A stretch of 63,820 nt of DNA, counting the filler, from Octopus bimaculoides (lineage: Eukaryota): assembly GCF_001194135.2 (NCBI RefSeq). It is 5 parts of 4 records of this genome, joined end to end, with 100 filler letters (N's around TTAATTAATTAA, not from the genome) between each part and the next. Parts side by side here need not be neighbours in the genome. Positions count along the whole stretch, not along the records: positions 32,105 to 57,739 come from NC_068989.1; 4 more parts are not named here. One strand, written 5' to 3'. Positions 36,706 to 49,890 of the stretch are shown piece after piece (the stretch's first letter is position 1; each line of letters begins with the position of its first letter). The notes under the pieces were generated by a model. The model saw only the letters and a list, made by a program, of their open reading frames with translations, did no database searches and was not told the origin of the DNA. The position numbers and the translations under genes were made by a program.

Positions 36706-37599
36706 CTGTATTGGGCCTTATATAAGACATCTTTACATGAGAAATCAAGACAGATTGCAGACCTTGAATGACTCAACTTGTCCCACAGACAATTCACTAA
36801 AATTGCTAGAGGGATCTGTAAAAAATCTCCCCTGACTGACCAAGACATGTCTCTTACTCTATTTTTCTCTTCTACTTATTGTGGTTTTATCAAACCATGA
36901 AGAACTGCTGGATAAGTGCTGAATTTTTGACAATCATACTTAGTTCCATTCTCTCACACATATGCATACACACACACATTTATGAAAGCATACACCTTCC
37001 CTTCTATGAGTTCTTTATATTGTGTTTTTGTTTTTGTTTGCTCTGTGCACACATACATGGACTTTTGGATTAAGTAACAATGAATTTTTCCTAGTTTCAT
37101 GAATAAGCAATTTGATCTGCATATTTCATCACTGTTTTTCTTGCTATGTTATTGACTGTGTAAATTTCTCCTGATATTGGCACATCCCAGAATAAACCAA
37201 TTGTGATACATATTTCATATTTCATTTCACTTTGATATTTCATACATATTTTCCTTAAAAAATTTGATTTATTTTTACAATGTCATAAAGAGTGTATATA
37301 TTTATGAAAGAACTCAAGAATTACTCTTTTCTAAAGAAAAAAAAAAGCTTTGTGATCACTGTTTCCCAAAGTTCTCTACAATACTGGAGAGAAGTACAAT
37401 ATTAAAGATCATTTGAGATCTCAAAGGAACAAAGCAAATTTTGTTACTTGGATCCCACTGGTGAAGCCTCCATCTTGTTGATCAAAAAAGTTATCAACAC
37501 CAGATACAACATAATCTTCCCAGACAAGTGTTTTTTTTTTTTTCAAGTTGATCAACATGCCAAACAATGTTGGATACAATAACTCAACTGTTTGCAAAG

Positions 37600-37757
37600 T
37601 GAAATCACGTGTTTTAATGAATGTACTAACGAGATTTGGGTTCAAATTTACATTTAAATAACAATTGGTACTCTCGGCCGGCTACGGCCAGGTTGGTCTT
37701 ATGAACCAAAAAAGTTTTTCAGCCAGCTACGGCCAGGTTAGTAACGAAAGGGTTAAG
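37600..37757. mobile_element. piggyBac-like MITE end
   Basis: Ends GTAACGAAAGGG|TTAA; internal duplication of GCTACGGCCAGGTT. Confidence 0.5.
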
Positions 37758-38032
37758 GGACATATGATAGTTAGATGGGGCCAATTCAAGAGAATAAAAG
37801 AGAGTGATCAACCAGTTGAAAGCCACAGTCATGCAGAGTATCTATTGAAAGCAAGGACTTGAGTACTGGAGCATTGTCCTGACGGAACTAAACGCCTTTC
37901 ATCAGTTTTCCTGGCCATTTGGTTTTTACAGCCTTTCATAACTGCCTCAGACAGATAGATGGATGGATGGACGGATGTATGTGTGGGTGAAGAGAGATAG
38001 ATAGACAGACAGATTGATATTCTAATAGATAA

Positions 38033-38067
<35 letters not shown>

Positions 38068-38275
38068 TGGGGGGAGAAAGAGAGAGAGAGAGAAAGAGAG
38101 AGAGAGAAAGAGAGAGAGAGAAAGAGAGAGAGGGGAGAGAGAGAAAGAGAGAGTGAAAGAGAGAGAGAAATAGCCAACAGTCAGCAAGACAAACAGACAG
38201 GCTGACAAACAAGTAGATAGACTGACAGATAGATAGATAGACAACAAACAAACACAGACAAGTAAATAGACAGAC

Positions 38276-38278
38276 AAG

Positions 38279-38346
<68 letters not shown>

Positions 38347-38349
38347 AAA

Positions 38350-38398
<49 letters not shown>

Positions 38399-38415
38399 CA
38401 ATTGGATAGATAGAT
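38276..38415. repeat. (GATA)n microsatellite at gap edge
   Basis: GATA run. Confidence 0.95.
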
Positions 38416-39044
38416 NNNNNNNNNNNNNNNNNNNNNNNNNNNNNNNNNNNNNNNNNNNNNNNNNNNNNNNNNNNNNNNNNNNNNNNNNNNNNNNNNNNNN
38501 NNNNNNNNNNNNNNNNNNNNNNNNNNNNNNNNNNNNNNNNNNNNNNNNNNNNNNNNNNNNNNNNNNNNNNNNNNNNNNNNNNNNNNNNNNNNNNNNNNNN
38601 NNNNNNNNNNNNNNNNNNNNNNNNNNNNNNNNNNNNNNNNNNNNNNNNNNNNNNNNNNNNNNNNNNNNNNNNNNNNNNNNNNNNNNNNNNNNNNNNNNNN
38701 NNNNNNNNNNNNNNNNNNNNNNNNNNNNNNNNNNNNNNNNNNNNNNNNNNNNNNNNNNNNNNNNNNNNNNNNNNNNNNNNCAAAAATGTCAGACAACAAT
38801 GGAACATTTCCACAGGTCAGTGATGTTATTGATTACAAAGGTCTTGCAAGGTTTCCACTCAGCTGTAGAACTTCCAACAGAGCAAAGCTCTCTTTCTCAC
38901 TCTCTGGTCCTCTCCCTCTCTCTCTCTCTCTCTCTCCCACTTTTTCTCCCTCCTCTTTCTCAGTATTCTTCTATCTATCTATCTATCTATCTATCTAGCT
39001 ATCTATTTATCTATCTATCTATCTATCTATCATCTATCTATCTA

Positions 39045-39094
<50 letters not shown>

Positions 39095-39592
39095 GATCTA
39101 TCCATCTATCTGTCTGTGTGTCAATCTCATTCACACTTTGTCTCTAAATTAGTCACTCTATTGTGCCTCTTTCTCTTCTTTTACTGCTCTCTTTCTCTCC
39201 ATCCTTCCTATACTCTTCTCTTTCCCCTCCCCTTCTCTGTCTCTCCCCATTCACTTACGTCTTTCTCTCTCTCTCTCTCTCTGCCCCCCCCCCCGCACTC
39301 TCTTCTTTTATGGTTTCTAATTAATTCTTCATCTCTTGGTGGATTTGCATCCAATCTAAACACAACGATGAGCATTCAGTTGTTTCACCAACTGAATTCC
39401 TACTTTTTGGCTGAGTATTCCATAGATCTGTATGACCTCCAACTTCTCCTTTCAGTCTACCCATTTGCTATGTCCACCAGAGTTGATTGATCCCTTAAGA
39501 AAAATATGTTGTAAAACGGTTGCATGCCATAAAACAGACAACATATAATTATAAACAGAGGAACCTCAGTTTATGAATTTAATTCATTCTTG

Positions 39593-39777
39593 AAGGCCAG
39601 CAGGGTCAGCTTTAGGGTTACCATTGCCCCAGGCAAGCTGAACTTTGGCGCCCTTACAAGTATAATTTTTTTAAAACTTTCACATGGCGATAAACTGAAA
39701 ATGTAGACTAAAAAGCACATGATAGCCTTGGGTGACTGTCCAAGTTGCCGGCACCTTGAGCCGGCCCTGAAGGTCAG
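39593..39777. mobile_element. hAT-like MITE (169 bp) with 8-bp TSD
   Basis: AAGGCCAG|CAGGGTCAGCT ... AGCCGGCCCTG|AAGGTCAG; TIR 9/11 and TSD 7/8 identical. Confidence 0.75.
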
Positions 39778-40059
39778 TCATCATCCAAAATGTTCGTGAC
39801 CCCAAAACCATTTATTGTATATGAAATTCTAGAAAAGGTAAAATGAGTTCAAGCAGGGATGTATACTAAATGAAAGTTAAGACTGACACTCTTTCACTTA
39901 TTCTCCTAGATTGTCACCTGCCATTCTCACCAGATTGCTTAAAACATTGTTCATCACCCAAGACATAAACTGATTTGTTCATGAACTGATATGTTCAGAC
40001 ATTCATAAACTGAGGTTTTGTTGTATTAAGAGTTACAATAACAGTTATAACTCAAACTA

Positions 40060-40475
40060 ATTAGGTAGAGAATTAGCCTAGATTGGATGCAATTTGCTTC
40101 TTTTTATCAGGGAAAAGCACAACTGATGCTCTCTTTCTAGTAAGGCAACTGCAGGAGAAGTATTTAGCTGAAAGTAAACTACTGTTCTTGGTTTTCATTG
40201 GTTTGGAGAAGACATTCAACAGAGTCCTTTGCTCGCTGATTTGATGGTCCCTGCTGAAACTAGGTGCAGAGAAACGGCTGATGAGAGTCATTCAAGCCAT
40301 GTAAAGGGGCACTGTCAGTCAAATGAGAGTTAGCAAAGAGTACAGTAATCGATTAAGCATGAAAGGAAGAGTTCAGCAAGGCTCGGTTCTCACTCCCTTC
40401 TTATTCATCATAGTCTTTCTTTCAGGCCATCACAAAAGAGAAGTTTAAGACTGGGAGCCTGCAAGAACTCCTCTT
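40060..40475 (+). mobile_element. RTE-clade LINE reverse-transcriptase fragment
   Basis: GKSTTDALFLVRQLQEKY, FIGLEKTFNRV, VQQGSVLTPFLFII, FKTGSLQELL; ends just before YADD. Confidence 0.85.
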
Positions 40476-40476
40476 C

Positions 40477-40858
40477 TTGTCATGTTGATCAACATGACAA
40501 AGGATCAACATGCCAAAGGATCAACAAAATGAAGGATCAACATGACGAAGGATCAACATGACAAAGGATCAACATGACAAAGGATCAACATGACAAAGGA
40601 TCAACANNNNNNNNNNNNNNNNNNNNNNNNNNNNNNNNNNNNNNNNNNNNNNNNNNNNNNNNNNNNNNNNNNNNNNNNNNNNNNNNNNNNNNNNNNNNNN
40701 NNNNNNNNNNNNNNCGAAGGATCAACATGACAAAGGATCAACATGACAAAGGATCAACATGACAAAGGATCAACATGCCAAAGGATCAACATAATGAAGG
40801 ATCAACATGATAAAGGATCAACGTGACAAAGGATCAACATGACAAAGGACCAAGATCA
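40477..40858. repeat. 16-bp tandem satellite (GGATCAACATGACAAA)n, partly in gap
   Basis: Units visible on both sides of the N-run; starts with a perfect 24-bp palindrome. Confidence 0.9.
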
Positions 40859-41512
40859 ATGGTGATTCACTGTCCTTGAGCGGGTCCATCCTTTTTGACA
40901 ACAAAAAGCATATCATCCTCACAACCCAACTTCCCAACGCCCATACCTCCATCATCCTCCTAACTACTGCACTATCTCAGCTGCTGTAATTATAATTATA
41001 TGAATGCAGAAATGCACATATTTCATCTCCCGACACATTTATGCTGCCAGATTTCCCCTCTCCATGGCACCCACCTTGCACTCTCAATATCATCACATGC
41101 AACTATTGAACACCATTCCATATTGGCCCTTTACTCTTCCAACTGTAAAGGATTGGAATTGTAGATAGCAATCCTTTACATCAAAGACTGAAATTTTCAA
41201 TAATCAAAGGATCACAAATGAAGATTTGCTGAATAACCATAATAATCTGTACCACCACCACCACCACCACTGTCACCCCACCACCACTATCATCATCACC
41301 ATCGTCATCATCGTCATCATCATCATTGCTGTCATTGTCGTCGTCGTCATTTTCATTGCCACTCATACATGCTTGCATGGGCCAGACAGAATTTGCTGAG
41401 GCAAATTTTCCACAGCTGGATGCTCTACATGTCACCAATCCTCAACTATTTCCAAGGAAGGAAAGTAAGAAAAAGACTTGTCTCAGGACATACATACACA
41501 GACTGCACACAG

Positions 41513-41543
<31 letters not shown>

Positions 41544-41668
41544 CATATATATATACATACATATACACATACACACACATATATACATATATATACACAT
41601 ACACACATATATATACATACATATACACATATATACATACATATACACATACACACACATATATATAT

Positions 41669-42020
41669 GTGTGGTAAGAATCACGGTTTTGATTCCCAGA
41701 CCGGGCGTTGTGAGTGTTTATTGAGCGAAAACGCCTAAAGCTCCACGAGGCTCCGGCAGGGGATGGTAGCGAACCCCGCTGTACTCTTTCACCACAACTT
41801 TCTCTCACTCTTACTTCCTGTTTCTGTTGTGCCTGTAATTCAAAGGGCCAGCCTTGTCACACTCTGTGTCACGCTGAACATCCCCCGAGAACTACGTTAA
41901 GGGTACACGTGTCTGTGGAGTGCTCAGCCACTTGCACGTTAATTTCACGAGCAGGCTGTTCTGTTAATCGGATCAACTGGAACCCTCGACATCGTAAGCG
42001 ACGGAGTGCCAACAACAACA
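41669..42020 (+). mobile_element. SINE family C variant, well conserved and CpG-rich
   Basis: GATTCCCAGACCGGGC box-B region, distinct middle, 3' domain CCAGCCTTGTCAC...GATCAACTGGAACCCTC, (AAC)n tail. Confidence 0.75.
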
Positions 42021-42301
42021 AATATATGTGCAAACATATATGTTTATGTATGCGTCTGTATCTCTGTTTCTGAATACTTCTGTCTCGACATCACGTAATG
42101 TTTATAAATGAGCATCATCGTTATGCAAGCAAGATCGTTTTGTTCGGTTCCAGTCTTCTGTATTAAACACATCTGGTGATGAAGAAATATTACCTTTGCT
42201 TGGAAACAGGTGAGGGTTGGGTTGATGTCGTTGAAAAATCTGCTTCAACAAATTATACCTGACCCATGCAAGCATGAATCAGTGGATGTTATATAGTAGT
42301 G

Positions 42302-42417
42302 GTGATGATGATGATGATGATGATGACGACGATAATGATAACGATGATGATGCTGATGATGATGATGACGACGCTGATGATGACGACGCTGATGATGACA
42401 ATGACGACGACGACGAC

Positions 42418-42455
<38 letters not shown>

Positions 42456-42498
42456 CGACAACGATGATGATGATAATGATGATGATGATAACGATGAC
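42302..42498. repeat. (GAT/GAC)n degenerate trinucleotide tract at the tail of a family D repeat
   Basis: Source of the poly-D/M/S pseudo-ORFs. Confidence 0.9.
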
Positions 42499-42597
42499 AT
42501 GTGACCGGTTCTCAATAATGAATCAGTTACTAATTATAGCAGAATTATTTTCTGGATCTGAAGACAAACATAATTATTGGAAAACAGTTTCTGCTGT

Positions 42598-42733
42598 GCT
42601 AACCCTTTCATGATCATATTCCTAATGAAATACACTGCCTATGCATTTCAATTAATTTTGCAAAATATTATTATTGTTTTTATTGTTGTTGTTGTTCTTG
42701 AGTTGCTGCTTTTGCTGTTGCTGTTTTTATTAT

Positions 42734-42773
<40 letters not shown>

Positions 42774-42956
42774 ATATTGAAGGGATTTGTTAAAATAACT
42801 ATTTCAATATTTTAGATGGCTTTTGAACATATTTCAACAAAATATTCTTAATTAAAATTATGATGGAAGGTCTCTTTGTATAGATAATTTAAAACAAAGA
42901 AGTCTTGTATATAGAAACAGAGGCAGTTATCAGCAGATTGGCACCAAAATGGTTGA
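42598..42956. mobile_element. piggyBac-like MITE, decayed and microsatellite-interrupted
   Basis: Starts TAACCCTTTC and ends CAAAATGGTTGA. Confidence 0.45.
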
Positions 42957-43049
42957 ATACTTTAGGTGCTATGAAGTATCAGTCAGAGATTTTGTAGTCA
43001 AGTTTTTGTATCAGAGACATAATGTATCTTGGAGTACACTATTTAATAT

Positions 43050-43248
43050 TACGGCGGTGAGCTGGGCGAAATGCTTAGCTGTATTTCGTCTGTCTTTACG
43101 TTCTGAGTTCAAATTCTGCTGAGGTCGACTTTGCCTTTCTTTCTTTCAGAGTCGATAAATTAAGTAACAGTTGAGTACTCGGGTCGGTCTAATTGACTGG
43201 CCCCCTCCCCCAAAATTTCGGGCCTTGTGCCTGGAGTAGAAAAGAATA
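43050..43248 (+). mobile_element. SINE family B
   Basis: GGCGGTGAGCTGG head with a short deletion, box B, ends GTAGAAAAGAATATT. Confidence 0.85.
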
Positions 43249-43282
43249 TTTCCTTGCATTCCCTCTATAACAATATTATACT

Positions 43283-43675
43283 TTTATTGGTTTCAGTCAT
43301 TTAATTATGGCCATGATGGAGCACCATCTTTAGTCAAACAAATCTGCCCCAGGACTTATTCTTTGTAAGCCTAGTACATATTCTATCAGTCTCTTTTGCC
43401 GAACCACTAAGTTACAGGGATGTAAACACAGCAACATCAGTTGTCAAGCGATGATGGGAAGACAAACACAGACACACAAACATATACACACAAACACACA
43501 CATACACACACATAGGTATACGACAGGCTTCTTTCAGTTTCCATCAACCAAATCCACTCACAAGGTTTTGGTCGACCCGAGGCTATAGTAGAAGACACTT
43601 GCCCAAGGTGCCAGGCAGTGGGACTGAACCCGGAACCATGTGGTCAGGAAGTAAGCCGCTTACCACACAGCCAGT
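43283..43675 (-). mobile_element. SINE family A, full length
   Basis: Head, (CA)n and 3' part present. Confidence 0.85.
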
Positions 43676-43834
43676 CCTGGGCCTGTATCCTTAATTTATA
43701 AATAAAGCTTTATTTATGTCACCAAACCTTATGAAACTCCTCTAGAATTACACCATCTCTGAATAAGTGCATCCAGCTGGAAAAATGTGTATCTTACCAA
43801 AACAAGGAATGGCTGCTGGGATATCATCATCATT

Positions 43835-44130
43835 ATCGTCGTTGTTTAACGTCCATTTCCCATGCTGGCATGGGTTGGGCGGTTTGACTGAGGACTGGCA
43901 AGTCAGAAGGTTGCACCAGGCCCCAATCTGATCTGGCAGTGTTTCTATAGCTGGATGCCCTTCTTAATGCCAACCACTCGGAAAGTGTAGTGGGTGCTTC
44001 TTACGTGCCACCGGCACAAGGGTCCAGGGCACCTGGCATCGACCACAATCAGATGGTGCTTTTTACATGCCACCGGCCCGGAAGCCAGTCAAGGTGGCTC
44101 TGGCATCGGCCACATTCAGATGGTGCTTTT
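43835..44130 (-). mobile_element. Repeat family D (RTE-like tail)
   Basis: Reverse complement of the 45014-45352 copy. Confidence 0.75.
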
Positions 44131-44240
44131 TACTGGTATAGGGCTCACAACTACAATTTCCATTTGATTTGATTTTGATATTGCTGATGTTGATGTACTT
44201 GACTTGGCATCGGCACGTTCGGATATATATATATACACAC

Positions 44241-44279
<39 letters not shown>

Positions 44280-45013
44280 NNNNNNNNNNNNNNNNNNNNN
44301 NNNNNNNNNNNNNNNNNNNNNNNNNNNNNNNNNNNNNNNNNNNNNNNNNNNNNNNNNNNNNNNNNNNNNNNNNNNNNNNNNNNNNNNNNNNNNNNNNNNN
44401 NNNNNNNNNNNNNNNNNNNNNNNNNNNNNNNNNNNNNNNNNNNNNNNNNNNNNNNNNNNNNNNNNNNNNNNNNNNNNNNNNNNNNNNNNNNNNNNNNNNN
44501 NNNNNNNNNNNNNNNNNNNNNNNNNNNNNNNNNNNNNNNNNNNNNNNNNNNNNNNNNNNNNNNNNNNNNNNNNNNNNNNNNNNNNNNNNNNNNNNNNNNN
44601 NNNNNNNNNNNNNNNNNNNNNNNNNNNNNNNNNNNNNNNNNNNNNNNNNNNNNNNNNNNNNNNNNNNNNNNNNNNNNNNNNNNNNNNNNNNNNNNNNNNN
44701 NNNNNNNNNNNNNNNNNNNNNNNNNNNNNNNNNNNNNNNNNNNNNNNNNNNNNNNNNNNNNNNNNNNNNNNNNNNNNNNNNNNNNNNNNNNNNNNNNNNN
44801 NNNNNNNNNNNNNNNNNNNNNNNNNNNNNNNNNNNNNNNNNNNNNNNNNNNNNNNNNNNNNNNNNNNNNNNNNNNNNNNNNNNNNNNNNNNNNNNNNNNN
44901 NNNNNNNNNNNNNNNNNNNNNNNNNNNNNNNNNNNNNNNNNNNNNNNNNNNNNNNNNNNNNNNNNNNNNNNNNNNNNNNNNNNNNNNNNNNNNNNNNNNN
45001 NNNNNNNNNNNNA

Positions 45014-45352
45014 GATGCACCATTTTGAGCGTGGCTGTTGCCAGTACCGCCTGACTGGCTCCTGTAGGATTTTCGAGCGAGATCGTTGCCAGTGCCCCTG
45101 GACTGGCTTGTGCGGGTGGCACATAAAAGACACCATTTCGAGCGTGGCCGTTTTCGTGCGGGTGACACGTAAAAGCACCCACTACACTCTCTGAGTGGTT
45201 GGCGTTAGGAAGGGCATCCAGCTGTAGAAACTCTGCCAAATCAGACTGGAGCCTGGTGTTGCCATCCGGTTTCACCAGTCCTCAGTCAAATCGTCCAACC
45301 CATGCTAGCATGGAAAGCGGACGTTAAACGATGATGATGATGATGATGATGA
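45014..45352 (+). mobile_element. Repeat family D (RTE-like 3' tail with (GAT)n), well conserved
   Basis: GGTTGGCGTTAGGAAGGGCATCCAGC...GCGGACGTTAAACGATGATGAT. Confidence 0.8.
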
Positions 45353-45444
45353 TATAGGTATGTGTGTATATACACATGCACACACACACTCAATCACACA
45401 CATACATATATGTATATATGAGTATGTATACGTATATATACATA

Positions 45445-45494
<50 letters not shown>

Positions 45495-47351
45495 TATGTA
45501 TGTATGTATGTGTGTGTGTATGTATACACACACACACACATCTACATACCTATCCATGTTGCCGTTGCTATCCGCATCAGTTTTGATCAAACTGACCCTT
45601 GGTCAAACCCACTCCATCTCAGCTTCCCTTTGGTCATGGCTGTAACTATTCTGTGTTTGTTTTGTTTTGTTTTCTTTTACTTTATCTGTGAACTGAGAAT
45701 CCAAGACTTCATTGTCCAGTGTGTCTTTGGCAAGGTGAGAATAGAAAATTTAGTTGCTATTTCTAGGAGGTAGCGTGACCACATAGAGGCTCTCTCCTTG
45801 GTTTGAATTTCTTGGTTTGAATGTTTTATGTTTGTGTTTATGTTTATTCAAGTATGTATGTATCTATGTATGTAAGTATGTATGTATGTATTGTTTTGTG
45901 TATCCATGTGAGTATGTGTGTGTGTGTATTCATGTGAGAGTATGTGTATGTGTACGCACGTATTTTTTTGTATGCACACATTTTTTTGTGTATCTATGTG
46001 AGTATGTGTGTATTTGTGTGTGTGTGGGGGGATGTATTCATGAGAGAGTATGTATATATGTGTGTATGTGTATGTACGTATTTTTCTGGGTATCCATGTG
46101 AGTGTGTATGTATTCATATGAGAGTGTGTAAGTCTGTGTGTGTATGTGTATTCACGTTAGAGTCTGTGTGTATGTGTGTATGCATGTATATGTGTGTGTG
46201 CGTGTGTATCTCCACACATATATGTCTGTAATTATAATGTTTTAGCTTTAGTCTTTCACTCACCAGAACAGCCATAAAAGTTTCCCCATAATTCTGCTGA
46301 GTTTAAGAGAATCAAACAGCAACATTCCCATCAACATATTCCATATTCCTTGTATTTTATCAAAGTTCCTACTCCATCAATGCCAATACAGAATACAGAA
46401 ATGGTGACAGCACCACAAGAAAGACATTTTGCTGACAAACGCTAGATTTGTTTGCTTGATGTTAAAATCCCATTGGCAGATTTGTAAGAAAAAAAATTGC
46501 TAACATTTAATTTGGTGTTGTTTGATATCACTGCAAGTGAATGTCTGCCAGTTTGACAGTAAAAAGCCACCAAAACCAATGTTTTGCTATCTAAGATACT
46601 GACTGGAATGTTGCTGCAGCTTGATGTGACTTTTATTACCTTCAACTAACACTATTTTACAACTTGTGTCTCTAAAACACCACTTTGTGTTAAAGTTAAA
46701 GCTGTGTGCCCATTATTCCATTTGAGATATTACAACGCATTTTCTTCCAAATAAATGCATAAAAATGAATTAAGAAAAATGATTATGGGGAGGACAATAA
46801 GCGACGACGGTGATGGATTCACTTATAAACGTTTGGACACAGCAAATGTATTTGGATGGCATGTAAACGACATCCGACAATGCAGTAAAGGGTTAAAGTG
46901 ATTCTGTAATCTTTGCTGAGCTCATAACTCAAACCAACTGCTGTGACTTGTTGTTGATGCAGTTAACTTGCTCTTTATTAGCTGCAGTTAAATCACTTAT
47001 AATTATCTGTAGAAAGCACTTTCTAAACGCCATATTTCCAATGGATTCTTTTAACATCAAAGACCAAATCTAATTTTACTTCTCTCGTAAAAAGAAAAAC
47101 CATAATAAAAATAAAAATAATAATAATAATAATGATGATGATGATGATGATAATGATAATGTCCTAACTTTAGGCACCAGATNNNNNNNNNNCACCCACC
47201 ACCACCACTAGTTCTTGACTTACTTATTTCTTACTTATTTCACCGACTTCAGAAGGATAAGAGGTAACATTGGAACAGGGATGGAAAGGAATTCACAACA
47301 TGAAAGGAAGTAACAAAATACTACAAGGCATTAAATCTAATACTTCCCGAA

Positions 47352-47398
47352 TAATAGTAATAATGATAATGATGATAATAATAATAATAATAATAATA

Positions 47399-47447
<49 letters not shown>

Positions 47448-47459
47448 TAATAATAATAA
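47352..47459. repeat. (AAT)n microsatellite
   Basis: Near-perfect run. Confidence 0.95.
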
Positions 47460-48892
47460 ATGTCCTGATGCAGTACCAGGCAGTGGCTCTCATGGCTTCT
47501 GATCTTAAATGATTGGAAGTTTTATCATGTACTGTTTTGCCTTGGTATAAAAGATGGGTTACAGCAAATATTCTGCTCAATACCACAGATTTGCTTGTCA
47601 GTTGTTTAACTTTGACCAGTTGAGCAAGTCCCTTGGTGGCTGACGATATGAGCATCTCTGATCACGAGCAGAAGTAGTGGGGGAGCATCATAGCCATGTG
47701 TTGAGAGGAATTCTTTAAGGCTTGAATAATTCACGTATGAAAACTTGAGTGTTTTGTTCAACATCCTTAAACAATCCTTATTCAGAGACCCTTTGAGTGG
47801 GATAAGCTACTCAACCTGAAGAAAATTCTAATTGGGCCCCACCTGCAAGGTCATACGCTGGACTCTATATTGAATAGCCACAGAACCTCAATCTCTCTTT
47901 GATCACCAGACTTAGTGCTAGACACATTTCTGTGTTGGGAGCACATAGATTTTGCTACACATGGCCCAAGGAACCAAATGCCTTAAAGGAGCAACCAGGT
48001 GCCACATAGTTATTAAGTCACACAAGATGTGCACAACTTGCTTTTACACAAGAAATAATCCTAAGTGGCATTTGAAATTCTCTCGTCCATTTTAATTTAC
48101 CTTCTATGAATGGAACGTGACAAGGCAAGATAATATGTATACGTTCTTCATTTAGGTATTGCTTCAACCGAAGCATGTTATTGGTGAATTCTTACCTGGG
48201 TTTGAATTGGTATTAAATTATTTGTGAAGTTCGAGAATGGCTCTTTCATTTATTCCAATCAAGAATGCATGTTACCTTTCGTAACATGAGGATTTTTGCT
48301 TCTTAATTAACCTCTCGTTCCAGCAGTAACAAGGCCAGGTTACAGCCTTAACTTTTATTACAGTAGCCAACATTCAGGTTACAGTGGCAACCCTTTGTTA
48401 CAGGTATATCTGACAATTTCAACCTTTGCTTTGGCTGTGTCTTCAATTTTAAATTAACACCAAAAAATGCTAAAGCTTTCTGCCTTTTTTCATTTGAGAG
48501 AATTTCTCCAAGTATGTCCTTGAATGCCTCCTGTTGTACCATTTGACATTAAGGAAGATTTATTCCACTTCCATCTTTTCATAAGAAGAAATATATAATT
48601 ATTTCTCTTTGCCCTCTTCAGTATTATCTTCTCTGACAAAGAAATACTGTTCAGTTTTACCAGATTTTCCCGCCTACATTTTCTTTTTCTGATAATTGTG
48701 ATTGGTCCAAAAATCTTATCTATTCATTTGTTTTCACACAACTGCTAAATGAATAAACTGCAGTATTTGGAATGCTATAAGAGTTGCTATTGCTATTGGT
48801 GTTGTTATGATTGTTTCTGTCTTCCATGTCACTTATCTGAGTATTTGGAGCATTATCTTCTTCTATTAAGTGTTCACTAATTCATTTTCTTC

Positions 48893-49300
48893 TCTTTACT
48901 CTTTTACTTGTTTCAGTCATTTGACTGTGGCCATGCTGGAGCACCGCCTTTAGTCGAGCAAATCGACCCCCGGACTTATTCTTCGTAAGCCTAGTACTTA
49001 TTCTATCGCTCTCTTTTGTCGAACCGCTAACTTACAGGGACGTAAACACACCAGCATCAGTTGTCAAGCAATGTTGGGGAACAAACACAGACACACAAAC
49101 ACATACACACACACATACATACATACAAATATATACATATATACGACGGGCTTCTTTCAGTTTCCATCTACCAAATCCATTCACAAGGCTTTGGTCAGCC
49201 CGAGGCTATAGTAGAAGACATTTGCCCAAGGTGCCACACAGTGGGACTGAACCCGGAACCATGTGGTTGGTAAGCAAGCTACTTACCACATAGCCACTCC
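48893..49300 (-). mobile_element. SINE family A, full length and close to consensus
   Basis: All modules present, CpGs retained. Confidence 0.9.
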
Positions 49301-49504
49301 TATGTATTTTGATTCTGTGGTACTTATTTTATTGACCCCTAAAAGGATTCTGTGAGGCTATAAAGTGGTATTTGTAGTTTTGTACTTTGATTGTGTGTCA
49401 TATTGTTTTAATCAATGTAATATTTTGTCATATCATATAATTATGTGTGGTAATCAATTTGAAAGTGAAAATGTAATGTGTGTAAGATAATCCTTTCTGA
49501 AATT

Positions 49505-49890
49505 CTGGGACAGGGCACTAGACAATTACATTGCCCCTAGTGCCTAGCTGGTACTTATTTCATTGATCCCAAAAGGATGAAAGGCAAAGTCAACCTCAGT
49601 CGAATTTGAACTCTGACCACAAAGAAAAATGAAATGCCACTAAGCATTTTGGTTGACATCCTAATGGTTCTTTTCCTTCCCTTTCTATTGTAGGCGCAAA
49701 GCCTGAAATTTGGTGGGAGGGGGTAGTCGATCAGATCGATCTCAGTACACAACTAGTACTTAATTTATTGACCTTGAAAGGACGAAAGGCAAAGTTGACC
49801 CCGACGGCATTTGAACTCGGAATGTTAAGACAGATGAAATACCGCTAAGCATTTCGCCCAGCATGCTAATGATTCTGCCAGCTCACTTCC
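49505..49890 (-). mobile_element. Two tandem SINE family B copies
   Basis: ATTTGAACTC and GAAAGGCAAAGT each occur twice. Confidence 0.75.

Noticed and set aside
37546-37564. GTTGATCAACATGCCAAA matching the 16-bp satellite unit
   Set aside because: A single short match with no array; chance is plausible.
40477-40858. CRISPR-like array
   Set aside because: Head-to-tail units without unique spacers, no cas genes, eukaryotic context.
40860-41180. Possible inverted RTE 3' segment forming a twin-priming structure
   Set aside because: Translation not convincingly RTE, and the geometry does not fit twin priming.
48893-49300. tRNA genes in SINE heads
   Set aside because: Box A/B-like motifs are present, but I see no complete cloverleaf and the heads continue into SINE bodies.
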